The notes: generated from the sequence alone by a model not told the origin. A stretch of DNA of 60,923 bases, filler included, from 6 parts of 6 records of this genome joined end to end with filler, not necessarily neighbours in it, one strand, 5' to 3'. Counted from the first letter of the whole stretch, positions 51,738 through 60,923 are shown. Translations and numbers: made by a program.

Positions 51738-52322
51738 ATGTCTAAAAAGAAAAAAAACCGTCAAACACATGAAGAGCCGCGTTCGGCCAAGAAAGCGGAA
51801 GTAATTGGAGACGACCCCAAAAAGAATTTACTGCCGGTCAAGATTGTCGCTTGTCTGATAGCTGTAATAGCTGTGGTTGCGGGATACTGGTTTCTGCACT
51901 CATCAAAGAATATGGTTGGGGCTTCGGATGAGGCAGACAAGGTCGCCGAGCAATCCAAGGTATCCACGAACGAGGTTTCATTCACGGTTTCCGAATTTGA
52001 AGATGGGCAAGCCCGTTATTACAGCATGAGACTCAGTAAGGACCGTGCGGTCAAATTTTTCATTTTAAAAAGTTCGGACGGCGTAATCCGGGCGGCTTTT
52101 GACGCCTGCGACGTATGTTGGAGGGCCGGTCTGGGGTATGCCCAGGACGGCGACGTCATGGTCTGCAGAAATTGCGGCCGCAGGTTTGCTTCGGTCAGGA
52201 TCAATGAAGTCAAGGGCGGCTGCAACCCGGCGCCTTTGAACCGGAGGATAGAAAACGGCAAGGTTATAATAACCAAAGCCGATATTGCCGATGGAATATC
52301 TTACTTTGATTTCAAATCCTAA
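51738..52322 (+). CDS. DUF2318 family membrane-anchored Cys-rich (putative Fe-S) protein
   Basis: FDACDVC, GY.Q.G..MVCRNCG and GGCNP; AAGGAG RBS before ATG 51738. Confidence 0.88.
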   Translation: MSKKKKNRQTHEEPRSAKKAEVIGDDPKKNLLPVKIVACLIAVIAVVAGYWFLHSSKNMVGASDEADKVAEQSKVSTNEVSFTVSEFEDGQARYYSMRLSKDRAVKFFILKSSDGVIRAAFDACDVCWRAGLGYAQDGDVMVCRNCGRRFASVRINEVKGGCNPAPLNRRIENGKVIITKADIADGISYFDFKS

Positions 52323-52334
52323 GGAGATATTCCA

Positions 52335-53492
52335 ATGACATTGACCAGGATCGCACTGCTAAACCTTTTGCGCAGAAAATCAAAAGCCATATTCGTTCTG
52401 GCCGGTCTGACCATAGGGGTCAGCACAATGGTGACGCTCAATGTTTTGACCGGCTCTCTAACCACGGAAATAAACAAAAAACTGGAAAAATACGGGGCCA
52501 ACATCCTTATTTTGCCCAAATCGGAGCAATTGTCTTTAACTTACGAAGGCATGTCTTTGGGCGGCTTTTCAATTGAAACAGGGGAGTTGAAAGAAGCCGA
52601 CCTGGAAAGAATCAAAACGATCAAGAATGCAAAGAACGTGGCCGCCGTCGGCCCGATGGTAATCGGGGCTGTAGAGATAAATGGCCGGGCCCTGCTTATG
52701 GCCGGAGTAGATTTCAAGGCCTACCGGATGCTTAAGCCGTGGTGGGAAATCGACGGCGCCCGCCCCGGGGCGGAGCAATTGCTGGCCGGATCGGAAGCGG
52801 CCCGGATTCTTGGTTTGAAAAAAAACCAGGAAGTAAAAATCGGCGATCGCTCGCTTCAGGTGAGCGGTGTGTTGAAACCGACCGGGTCGCAGGATGACGC
52901 GCTAGTGTTTACACGTTTGGAAACCGCACAAGGCATCCTGGGCATGGAAGGAAAGATCAGCATGGCCGAAGCGGCCGCCCTTTGCCTGGGCTGTCCTATA
53001 ACTGAAATGGTCCGGCAGATAGGCGAAGCCCTTCCTAACGCACGGGTCACGGCTGTCCAGTCAGTAGTTAAAGGCAGAATGGAGATGATAAAGAACTTCG
53101 AAAGGTTGTCTCTGGGTATTTCCATCCTTGTCTTTTTAGTCGGCGGTCTCGTTGTTTTCGTGACGGTTATGGGAAGCGTAAAAGAAAGAACCGGAGAAAT
53201 AGGCGTTCTGAGGACCGTGGGATTCCGCAAAGGCCATATCATGAAAGTTGTTTTAACGGAAGCTTTCATTCTTTCAGCAGCCGCGGGCGTGCTGGGCTAC
53301 CTGATCGGCCTTGGCGGGGGCGAACTCGCCCTGCCCTTTTTCGCCCAGACCAAAGGCGTGCATGTGTCTCCGGCGCCGTTTCTGGCGTTAGCCGCCTTGG
53401 CCGTTTCCATAATATTGGGATTTCTGGCCAGCCTTTACCCGGCTTTGTCGGCGGCGCGACTGGATCCTCATAAAGCGCTGCGAACCATTTAA
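52335..53492 (+). CDS. MacB/FtsX-type ABC transporter permease
   Basis: NLLRRK, GANI, SVKERTGEIGVLR.VG and ASLYPA..AA..DP..AL; periplasmic CLGCP. Confidence 0.9.
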   Translation: MTLTRIALLNLLRRKSKAIFVLAGLTIGVSTMVTLNVLTGSLTTEINKKLEKYGANILILPKSEQLSLTYEGMSLGGFSIETGELKEADLERIKTIKNAKNVAAVGPMVIGAVEINGRALLMAGVDFKAYRMLKPWWEIDGARPGAEQLLAGSEAARILGLKKNQEVKIGDRSLQVSGVLKPTGSQDDALVFTRLETAQGILGMEGKISMAEAAALCLGCPITEMVRQIGEALPNARVTAVQSVVKGRMEMIKNFERLSLGISILVFLVGGLVVFVTVMGSVKERTGEIGVLRTVGFRKGHIMKVVLTEAFILSAAAGVLGYLIGLGGGELALPFFAQTKGVHVSPAPFLALAALAVSIILGFLASLYPALSAARLDPHKALRTI

Positions 53493-53503
53493 AGGAGTAT
53501 ATT

Positions 53504-54199
53504 ATGAGTTTCATACAGGCAATCAACCTGGTCAAAAATTACGGCGACGGAGAAGCACGGGTTTCGGCTGTCAAGAACATAAGTTTTGAAATTAACCAGG
53601 GAGAGTTTACCGCGGTTATGGGGCCGTCCGGGTCGGGCAAGTCGACCCTGCTGTCGATTATGGGAGCGTTGAACACTCCTGATAACGGGGTGTATAAAGT
53701 TGACGACATTGATATTTACACCCTCAATTCTGACAAACAGGCGGATTTTCGCAGGGAATACCTGGGATTTGTATTCCAGAATTTTAATCTGCTGCCTTTT
53801 CTGACCATTATAGAAAACGTGATGCTGCCATTGACCACTAAAAGAATAAGTTTGAAGGAAAAAAGAGACATGGCCCGTGAGGCCTTAAACCGCGTGGGAT
53901 TGTCCGGCAAGGAAAACCGCTTGCCCGGGGAGGCGTCCGGCGGCGAACAGGAAAGGGCGGCCATTGCCCGGGCGATTGTGAACAACCCTCCGGTTCTTCT
54001 GGCGGACGAGCCCACCGGGAATCTGGACGCGACAACCGGCCACAAGGTTATGGAATTTCTGCAAGACCTGTCATCAAAAGGGATGACTATTGTAATGGTG
54101 ACCCACAACAAGGAATATGTTTTATATGCATCGCGAGTTTTGCAGATAATGGACGGCAGGTTGACTATTGACAATGGCAAGATAATCAAAGCGGCTTGA
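53504..54199 (+). CDS. ABC transporter ATP-binding protein (MacB/LolD type)
   Basis: GPSGSGKST, GFVFQ, SGGEQER, LADEPTGNLD and VTH. Confidence 0.94.
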   Translation: MSFIQAINLVKNYGDGEARVSAVKNISFEINQGEFTAVMGPSGSGKSTLLSIMGALNTPDNGVYKVDDIDIYTLNSDKQADFRREYLGFVFQNFNLLPFLTIIENVMLPLTTKRISLKEKRDMAREALNRVGLSGKENRLPGEASGGEQERAAIARAIVNNPPVLLADEPTGNLDATTGHKVMEFLQDLSSKGMTIVMVTHNKEYVLYASRVLQIMDGRLTIDNGKIIKAA

Positions 54200-54203
54200 A
54201 ATT

Positions 54204-54262
54204 AACCGGCCGTCGCGCGGATGCCGTCATTTTCGTTAACGGTTTTTTATCGGCGGCCGGTT
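54204..54262 (+). terminator. Long hairpin after the ABC operon
   Basis: AACCGGCCGTCG/CGGCGGCCGGTT outer stem with an inner CCGT/ACGG stem. Confidence 0.5.
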
Positions 54263-54414
54263 TGGTATGGAGAACTTACCAGTGGGTTTCTAAAAGATAC
54301 CTATTGGAATACACATTTCGCCGTTATCCCTTATAATTTGATCATGGGTGCAACGACCCCGGAAATTGTCCGGGAGAACATTATTCATGTTTTAATTTAA
54401 GGAGGGATAGAGAA

Positions 54415-54606
54415 ATGTATACCATGGCCAATCTAACTAGCGATCAGTTGAATAAAATCAATGAATTGGAACAGAAAACAGGAAAAACCCTGCTTGCATT
54501 CGGCGCGCAAAGCTTTAAGCCGGCCGAAGTGGAGGGATCAGAACTGGATCAAATCATGGCTTTGGAAAAAGAGCTTAACCTGTCACTGGTGGCGGTGACC
54601 CAATAA
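54415..54606 (+). CDS. 63-aa protein made of two tandem ~30-aa repeats
   Basis: AAGGAGG RBS; ANLTSDQLNKINELEQKTGKTLLAF and AEVEGSELDQIMALEKELNLSLVAV. Confidence 0.8.
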   Translation: MYTMANLTSDQLNKINELEQKTGKTLLAFGAQSFKPAEVEGSELDQIMALEKELNLSLVAVTQ

Positions 54607-54689
54607 AGGCTTTAGGAAAGTCTTTTTTCCAACTATAGCGTTTCTCATATTTAAGTTCCTATGGCGGTGTTTTCCCGAATTGTTCTACT

Positions 54690-54700
54690 GTAGGGGCACG
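54690..54700 (+). repeat. Probable start of a GTAG-type REP palindrome at the contig end
   Basis: GTAGGGGCACG is cut exactly by the assembly break; only 11 nt are visible. Confidence 0.4.
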
Positions 54701-54800
54701 NNNNNNNNNNNNNNNNNNNNNNNNNNNNNNNNNNNNNNNNNNNNTTAATTAATTAANNNNNNNNNNNNNNNNNNNNNNNNNNNNNNNNNNNNNNNNNNNN
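54701..54800. other. Artificial contig spacer
   Basis: N44-TTAATTAATTAA-N44. Confidence 0.98.
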
Positions 54801-54884
54801 AATTTTAATTCAGCAAAAATAATGAAGTCTTTTATTTAGAAACAGTAACTTTATGCTAATTATTCTGCGAAATATACAATTTAA

Positions 54885-55652
54885 ATGATCAGTAAAAATA
54901 CGATAAAACTTATTAATTCACTTTCAATTAAAAAATTCAGACAAAAAGAACGTTTATTTATTGTTGAAGGTGATAAAAATGTGGCCGAGGTTTTGACTTC
55001 CATGTATAAAGTTAAATGGCTATTTGCAACAGAAGATTATCTCGCCAAACATAAAAATAAGATTGATTCACATACAAAACTAGAAGAAGTTCAACCCGAT
55101 GAAATAAAAAAAGCAAGTTTATTAAAAACACCGCAAAGCTGTATTGCAATTTGCCAAATTCCATCACCCGATGAATTTCCTGAACAAATTCAGGATAATC
55201 TTTCGTTGTATCTCGATGGAATTCAGGATCCGGGAAACCTGGGAACCATTATTCGTATTTGCGATTGGTTTGGAATTGAAAATTTATATTGCTCGCCCGA
55301 TACTGCAGATTTATATAATCCGAAAGTTATTCAGGCAAGTATGGGATCGTTTTGCAGGGTAAAAGTATGGTACATTTCGTTTAACGAAATTCAACAAACA
55401 GCAGTACAGTCGGATGTAATTATTACCGGAGCATTTTTAAACGGGAAAAATATTTTTACTGAACAAATACCGGCCAAAGTTTTACTTGTTATTGGGAACG
55501 AGGGAAAAGGCATTCGAAAAGAAATTGAAAAAAAAATAGATAAAAAAATTATGATTCCCTCTTTTGCCAAAATGAACAGCGGCGCAGAATCTTTAAATGC
55601 CGGTGTTGCAACAGGAATTTTATGTGCCGAAATAAGAAGGCAACAATCCTAA
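54885..55652 (+). CDS. TrmH/SpoU family RNA methyltransferase
   Basis: IQDPGNLGTIIR, NPKVIQASMGS, IGNEGKG and ESLNAGVA. Confidence 0.93.
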   Translation: MISKNTIKLINSLSIKKFRQKERLFIVEGDKNVAEVLTSMYKVKWLFATEDYLAKHKNKIDSHTKLEEVQPDEIKKASLLKTPQSCIAICQIPSPDEFPEQIQDNLSLYLDGIQDPGNLGTIIRICDWFGIENLYCSPDTADLYNPKVIQASMGSFCRVKVWYISFNEIQQTAVQSDVIITGAFLNGKNIFTEQIPAKVLLVIGNEGKGIRKEIEKKIDKKIMIPSFAKMNSGAESLNAGVATGILCAEIRRQQS

Positions 55653-55655
55653 GAA

Positions 55656-56417
55656 TTATTCAAAATGAAAGGAAAGTGTAAATATATTTGAACGCATCGA
55701 TTTAATCGACTGTGAATAATATTGTCGTTGCGTTTCGCTGGGTACATCGCCCAGTTGATTATTAAGCCCTAAACTAACTTTTGCTTCAACAGAAAAACGG
55801 AAAAATGTAAAATAGTGATCCCAGCCAACTCCCATTTCGGCATAAAAACCACCGCTTCGTAAACTTACCAAATCTTCCTGTGCTGTGCGCGAAATATCTT
55901 GCCGGTATGCAGTTCCAAAAATAATATATGGCCTGTCGTTATTCATTCTACGGGCTTTGTATTTTATTAGAACCGGAAAATCGAGAAACGTAGATTTAAT
56001 AGAATAATACGAACTTGGTTGTTCGTTGTAAATATCCCAGACATCGATATTATAGGTAATTCGTCTTTCGCCAAATGAGAGTCCCGGTAAAAAACGCAGG
56101 TTTAGGTCGCGCGATAAACGTAAACTTGAAATAATTCCAACGGTAAACCCCGGCACCAGTTCAGCAACATCAGAATTTACTACACTGTTATACGAGATCT
56201 GCTGTTTATCGAGTTGCCAGTTCTGCGGAGTAAATGCCTGATTATCGCCCATCCTACTATAATTCACCACGGCAAAATCGAGCGAATTAACACCAATTGT
56301 AAATCCAAAATGAACCAATTTATCATCGAAAGTGGTTAAATAATTTACTTTTTGTCTTTGCGCATAGGCCTGAAAAACAAAAAAAGATATAAACAGTATA
56401 ATGAATATTTTTTTCAC
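55656..56417 (-). CDS. porT: Type IX secretion system outer-membrane protein PorT/SprT
   Basis: Signal peptide, D.K..HFGF.IG.N, PGF.VG, LRF.PGLSFGER, P..IKYK..R.NN.RPY and C-terminal FHFE; ubiE-porT/trmH synteny typical of Bacteroidota. GTG start. Confidence 0.88.
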   Translation of the reverse strand: MKKIFIILFISFFVFQAYAQRQKVNYLTTFDDKLVHFGFTIGVNSLDFAVVNYSRMGDNQAFTPQNWQLDKQQISYNSVVNSDVAELVPGFTVGIISSLRLSRDLNLRFLPGLSFGERRITYNIDVWDIYNEQPSSYYSIKSTFLDFPVLIKYKARRMNNDRPYIIFGTAYRQDISRTAQEDLVSLRSGGFYAEMGVGWDHYFTFFRFSVEAKVSLGLNNQLGDVPSETQRQYYSQSIKSMRSNIFTLSFHFE

Positions 56418-56484
56418 CTGGTTTCTTTCCAAACTTACTACTTTTTCAAAACAACGAATTAAACAAATTATTGTACACTTCCCG

Positions 56485-57216
56485 TTAATTCTTTGGTTTT
56501 TGAGTCTGATATATTGAAGCAATCCCAAAAGTCTGCGGATGCCATTTACTTTCTTCAAATCCCACATTACCTAAAATGCCAGTAAAATCTTCTCCATCAG
56601 GAAAAGCATTAACAGATTCAGGTAAATATGTATATGCATTACTATCTTTCGAAATTAACCGCCCTAATATCGGCAATATTCTGGTGAAGTAAAAATAATA
56701 CAATTGTTTAAAAGGTGCTTTTCTGGGTTTCGAGAATTCCAAAACAATAAAACTCCCACCCGGTTTTAATACTCTCCATATTTCGCCTAAACCTTTTTCC
56801 AGAATTTCAAAATTCCGAACCCCAAAACCTACAATAACTACATCGAACGAATTTTCAGCAAACGGGAGATTTTCGGAATCTGCTTTTTCCAGTTTTATCC
56901 TTTCCGACAAACCTTTTTTTTCAATTTTCTTTTTCCCTACTTCCAACATTCCCGCAGAAATGTCAATTCCTGTTATAATTGAATTTTCTATTCGTGAAGC
57001 AGCAATTGCAAAATCACCAGTTCCGGTTGCAATATCGAGGATTTTAACCGGCTTTGTAGTTTTTAACAATTTTACCGCCTTTTTCCTCCAAATCTTATCA
57101 ATATTCACCGACAGTAAATGGTTTAAAAGATCGTATTTTGGAGAGATATTATCAAACATCTCTTCCACCTGATCCTTTTTCCCCTGATTCGATTTTTTAT
57201 TCGGAAGAACAGCCAT
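56485..57216 (-). CDS. ubiE: Demethylmenaquinone methyltransferase UbiE/MenG
   Basis: VEEMFDNI...YD.LN, LDIATGTGD, FGVRN, RVLKPGG and AY.YLPESV. Confidence 0.95.
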   Translation of the reverse strand: MAVLPNKKSNQGKKDQVEEMFDNISPKYDLLNHLLSVNIDKIWRKKAVKLLKTTKPVKILDIATGTGDFAIAASRIENSIITGIDISAGMLEVGKKKIEKKGLSERIKLEKADSENLPFAENSFDVVIVGFGVRNFEILEKGLGEIWRVLKPGGSFIVLEFSKPRKAPFKQLYYFYFTRILPILGRLISKDSNAYTYLPESVNAFPDGEDFTGILGNVGFEESKWHPQTFGIASIYQTQKPKN

Positions 57217-58256
57217 TAAGCGCCTGCAGTCATTTTATCAATAAATCCCATAGAAACATCATCGATCCTGATTTCACCTTTTGTAACGTGCCCCAATGTA
57301 AAAAACGGAACTTTCATTTCGGTTAAAACGTCTACAAAATCATCTTCTTTTTCTTCATCTACATCTACCAAAATACGTCCCATTCCTTCGCCAAACATAA
57401 ACGAATCTATTCTGGTTTCTGCGTCGGTTGTAATATCGAATCCCAAATCATTCGGGAAAGCAGCACGTAATAAAGTAAAAAACAAGCCACCTTTTCCTAT
57501 TGGACTGGCACTTTTTACTAAATCGAGTTTATGTAATTTTTTTAAAGCTGACTGAATTACAATTTCATCATCGATATTAAACGAAGGAAGTGGTGAATTT
57601 GAGATGCCATGATAAAACTCCAGGTATTCAGAAGATCCTAAATCATCAACCGAATTACCAATCATAAATATATTATTCCCTTTTCTTTTAAAGAGATGGT
57701 TTGTCATTTGTTCCCGGTTTTCCACTTTGCCCATCATACTAATAATAATGGTTGGCGGAACCGGACCATGTTTTGAGAAATGGTCGAAACGTATTTTACG
57801 ATCCGAAATTTTCAAATTAAATTTTTGTGCTGCATTTTCAAGCCCTTTTTTCGCACCCGAGGCTATAAATTGTCCTTTGGGATCGGCAAAGTTAATGTGA
57901 TATAAAAATGCACTAATTGCAACTGGTGTAGCACCAAAACATAACATTTTACGGGCTGCTCTTGAAATTAATATTTCTGTTGCTTTTTGTGGATCGTTTT
58001 GTAAATGATGATGAAATGCATGTGTGCTCATAGCCATGCTTGTTCCATTTTCATCAAAATCAAATAAACCGGTTTCATCTGTATCCGCATCTCCAATCGA
58101 ATCGGGCGAAATATTTACTTCACTAAAATCGTTAAAATAATTAATCGTCGATAGGTTCGGATTAACCATTAAGGAAAATATTACGTCTTCCAGATTTTCG
58201 GGTTCAGGAATTGCATCGAGGGAGAATTCCATTTCTTTTTGTAAAATATCGTTCAT
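57216..58256 (-). CDS. Stand-alone PurL/PurM (AIR synthase-related) fold protein with degenerate motifs
   Basis: Similar to the C-terminal half of PurL (GA.P.A, NF.DP, P.I...G, LGSSEYL, GGL, FGE...R); stop overlaps the ubiE start. Confidence 0.72.
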   Translation of the reverse strand: MNDILQKEMEFSLDAIPEPENLEDVIFSLMVNPNLSTINYFNDFSEVNISPDSIGDADTDETGLFDFDENGTSMAMSTHAFHHHLQNDPQKATEILISRAARKMLCFGATPVAISAFLYHINFADPKGQFIASGAKKGLENAAQKFNLKISDRKIRFDHFSKHGPVPPTIIISMMGKVENREQMTNHLFKRKGNNIFMIGNSVDDLGSSEYLEFYHGISNSPLPSFNIDDEIVIQSALKKLHKLDLVKSASPIGKGGLFFTLLRAAFPNDLGFDITTDAETRIDSFMFGEGMGRILVDVDEEKEDDFVDVLTEMKVPFFTLGHVTKGEIRIDDVSMGFIDKMTAGA

Positions 58257-58287
58257 TTAACTTGAAAATTACAGAATTAAGTAGAAG

Positions 58288-58295
58288 CAAAGGTA
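58288..58295 (-). promoter_or_regulatory. Bacteroidota -7 promoter element
   Basis: TACCTTTG (TAnnTTTG) about 30 nt upstream of the PurL-like gene. Confidence 0.6.
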
Positions 58296-58368
58296 ATTAA
58301 GTACACGATTTTTCCATAAAAATTGATGTTTTTTTTAATTTCGGGAAAGATTAAAAAGTTATCAGAAA

Positions 58369-59127
58369 ATGAATAAAACAGCAATAATCACCGGAGCCTC
58401 AGCGGGAATTGGAGAAGCCACAGCACTCCTTTTATCGAAAAACAATTACGATTTAATATTAACCGGACGAAGAAAAGAACGACTTAAAGCGTTGGAATCT
58501 AAAATAAAAGAAGAATCGGATTGTAAAATACTTTTACTGAACTTTGATATCAGGAATCAAAATGAAACCGAAAATGCCATAAAAAGTATTCCGGAAAACT
58601 GGCTAAACATTGAGGTTCTTATAAATAATGCCGGTTTAGCTGTGGGAATGAATGCAATACAGGAAGGGATTGTCGACGATTGGGAAAGAATGATAGATAC
58701 TAATATAAAAGGCCTTTTATATATTTCGCGGTTAATTACGCCATTAATGGTTGAACAAAAAAAAGGGCATGTTATTAATATTTCTTCAATTGCCGGAAAA
58801 GAAACTTATGCAATGGGAAATGTTTACTGCGGCACAAAACATGCTGTTCAGTCGATAACGCAAGGAATGAGAATTGATCTTCTCCACCACGGAATAAAAG
58901 TAAGTTCTGTGTGCCCCGGAGCTGTAAACACCGAATTCTCGGAAATAAGGTTTAAAGGCGATAAACAACGCGCCGAAAAAGTATATGATGGTTTTACACC
59001 CCTGTTTGCCCAGGATATTGCAGAAACTATCTTATTTATTCTTTCCCGGCCAAAACATGTAAATATCGACGATATTCTTGTAATGCCAACCGCGCAAGCA
59101 TTTACACGCGATTTTCACCGCGATTAA
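58369..59127 (+). CDS. SDR family oxidoreductase (YdfG-like)
   Basis: ITGASAGIG, NNAG, YCGTK and PGAVNTEFS. Confidence 0.93.
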   Translation: MNKTAIITGASAGIGEATALLLSKNNYDLILTGRRKERLKALESKIKEESDCKILLLNFDIRNQNETENAIKSIPENWLNIEVLINNAGLAVGMNAIQEGIVDDWERMIDTNIKGLLYISRLITPLMVEQKKGHVINISSIAGKETYAMGNVYCGTKHAVQSITQGMRIDLLHHGIKVSSVCPGAVNTEFSEIRFKGDKQRAEKVYDGFTPLFAQDIAETILFILSRPKHVNIDDILVMPTAQAFTRDFHRD

Positions 59128-59144
59128 AAGCCATAAAAATGTGT

Positions 59145-59152
59145 TACATTTG
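59145..59152 (+). promoter_or_regulatory. Bacteroidota -7 promoter element
   Basis: TACATTTG, 18 nt upstream of the glycosyltransferase ATG. Confidence 0.6.
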
Positions 59153-59170
59153 TATCTCAGAAAATAAATA

Positions 59171-59881
59171 ATGTCAGAAGCAATAATAATAACTCCGGTT
59201 AAAGATTCACAAGAAACTACAAAAAAAACCATTGAAGCGATTTCAAAGGCTGAAGGAAATTTTGAATATTATATCTATAACGATTTCAGTACACCAGAAA
59301 CAAAAGAATTTCTGAACAAATCAAGTAAAAAATATGGTTTTCATGTTATTCACCTTGAAGACATCACAGCAACGCCCTCGCCAAATTATAAACTGGTACT
59401 TGAATTGGCGCAAAAAATGGCCATAAAAAAAAATCTGCCACTGATAATAATTGAATCGGATGTGGTGATTAAAAAAGATAGCCTGAAACAACTAATCGCT
59501 CTTTCGCAAACTCAGGCAAATGCAGGAATAGTTGGGGCAATTACGATTGATAAATCGGGAAATTACAATTTCCCCTATACTTTTGAAAAGACAAAAAGTA
59601 ACGATGTAATAAATACATCGCACAGTTTAAGTTTTTGCTGCACTTTAATAACACCTGCATTAATGCAGGATTTTGATTTCGCTACACTTTCGTCGAAAAA
59701 AGACTGGTTTGATGTATTTATTAGCCGGCAATCGAATAAACTGGGTTATAATAATTACCTCGCAAAGGGAATCGAGGTTCTTCATCTGCCACATTCCAGC
59801 AGGCCCTGGAAAAATTTAAAATATTCAAATCCTATTTTATATTATTTAAAGAAATACATTTATAAACGCGATCGCATTTAA
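59171..59881 (+). CDS. Glycosyltransferase family 2-like (GT-A) protein
   Basis: IITPVKD, YNDFST, ESDV (DxD-like), WFD and HLPHSSRPW. Confidence 0.72.
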   Translation: MSEAIIITPVKDSQETTKKTIEAISKAEGNFEYYIYNDFSTPETKEFLNKSSKKYGFHVIHLEDITATPSPNYKLVLELAQKMAIKKNLPLIIIESDVVIKKDSLKQLIALSQTQANAGIVGAITIDKSGNYNFPYTFEKTKSNDVINTSHSLSFCCTLITPALMQDFDFATLSSKKDWFDVFISRQSNKLGYNNYLAKGIEVLHLPHSSRPWKNLKYSNPILYYLKKYIYKRDRI

Positions 59882-59882
59882 C

Positions 59883-60923
59883 ATGTCACAACGTTTCTAT
59901 TATAACCGGTTCAAATATATTGGGCACCTACTTTTCTGGCTGGCCAGTATTATTTTTATGTTGTCGTTTTTCTATTTTAATGAAAAACGCGTTCATCTCG
60001 ATTTGGTAATTCTTTCGAAAGCGCTTATTACAAATTTAGGATTTGCTGTTGCCGTTTATATTAATTTATACCTGCTTATTCCGCGTTTTTTAAAAGAGAA
60101 GAATTATATCTTTTATATTTTCTGGCTTGTTATTTTACTTACCGCTTCAAGTTTAATAATTCAGTTTCTCCTGCTTTTCCCCTTACGAAATGCATTAAAA
60201 TTTAACGAAAGTTTTACCTCATTCGATATTAATTTGCATTCGGCTTACTTTTTTGCGAATCTTATTTATGTGGCATTTACTTCGTTCCTGAAATTTATTA
60301 AAGACTGGTTTTCGTTACAAGATCTTAATTTTAAGTTGGCTAAAATTGAACAACAAAAGTTAGAAGCAGAATTAAAAACATTAAAAGGGCAGTTAAATCC
60401 TCATTTTCTATTTAATTCTTTAAATAACATTTACTCACTCGCACTTATTAAATCGAATAAAGTCCCCGATTTAATACTTCAACTTTCCGATTTAATGCGG
60501 CACATTATTTATGAGTCTAAAGAAAATTATATCGATCTTGAGAAAGAGATAGAATTTGTAAATAACTTTATAACGCTTCAGCAAATACGAGTTCCTGAAC
60601 ATGTTAAAATTGATTATAAAATTGAAGGTGAAATACCTTCATCGAAAATTGCTCCACTTTTGTTCGAACCGTTCATTGATAATGCCTTCAAACATGGATT
60701 TCCAGGAACATCTGCAAACGACTTTGTGAAAATACATTTCGATTTTAGTAGGCCTGATAAACTCATCTTTACTATTTCAAATAATTATGAGGAACACGGA
60801 AACTGGAACAATAAGAATTCAGGCATCGGCATTAACAATGTAAAACAACGATTAAAACTTTTATACAAATCCAACGATTATAAACTTTCAATAAAAAAGG
60901 AAAACCAAATATTTTCAGTATTT
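59883..60923 (+). CDS. LytS/YehU-type sensor histidine kinase, 3'-truncated (absent from the ORF track)
   Basis: My translation from ATG 59883: MSQRFYY...HLLFW, about 4 TM segments, AELKTLKGQLNPHFLFNSLNNIY, EPFIDNAFKHG and SGIGINNVKQRL; open to the window end. Confidence 0.92.
   Translation, partial: MSQRFYYNRFKYIGHLLFWLASIIFMLSFFYFNEKRVHLDLVILSKALITNLGFAVAVYINLYLLIPRFLKEKNYIFYIFWLVILLTASSLIIQFLLLFPLRNALKFNESFTSFDINLHSAYFFANLIYVAFTSFLKFIKDWFSLQDLNFKLAKIEQQKLEAELKTLKGQLNPHFLFNSLNNIYSLALIKSNKVPDLILQLSDLMRHIIYESKENYIDLEKEIEFVNNFITLQQIRVPEHVKIDYKIEGEIPSSKIAPLLFEPFIDNAFKHGFPGTSANDFVKIHFDFSRPDKLIFTISNNYEEHGNWNNKNSGIGINNVKQRLKLLYKSNDYKLSIKKENQIFSVF

Overview
This window is not one locus. It is six unrelated contigs joined by five artificial 100-nt spacers (N44-TTAATTAATTAA-N44), so no operon or system should be inferred across a spacer. 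Taxonomic labels are inferred from gene content and composition. Contig 1 (1-19957, Desulfovibrionaceae-like sulfate reducer): divergent groEL, cheV, wHTH regulator + neuB, fadD-cysC, livKHMGF, ppiB, a DegT aminotransferase and dsrB'-dsrD-dsrN. Contig 2 (20058-27981, high-GC alphaproteobacterium): helicase-hslR-ialB-like-terB-like-fdxA-carD, a catalytically eroded metallophosphoesterase and a SLOG protein. Contig 3 (28082-39562, Desulfovibrionaceae-like): beta-propeller sensor kinase, rocD, REC/HD-GYP pair, LOG, SpoIIE-type phosphatase, DUF554 and tRNA-Leu(CAA). Contig 4 (39663-48923, probably a spirochaete): MCP, histidine phosphatase, REC-CheC-GGDEF module, putP, two cupins, a HAD hydrolase and a PAS protein. 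Contig 5 (49024-54700, Desulfobacterota-like): hydantoinase/oxoprolinase-family gene with an in-frame TAG, then a Cys-rich ORF, DUF2318 and an ABC transporter. Contig 6 (54801-60923, Bacteroidota): TrmH family, porT, ubiE, PurL-like, SDR, glycosyltransferase and a LytS-type kinase. The best novelty candidate is a structured 5'-leader present twice in contig 4, ahead of two unrelated genes, with a 65-nt core of identical length ending at the Shine-Dalgarno (candidate new cis-regulatory RNA or riboswitch). Next are the in-frame amber codon (pyrrolysine read-through or nonsense mutation), a putative metal-sensing leader ORF and several pseudo-enzymes. I saw no CRISPR array, rRNA or transposase.
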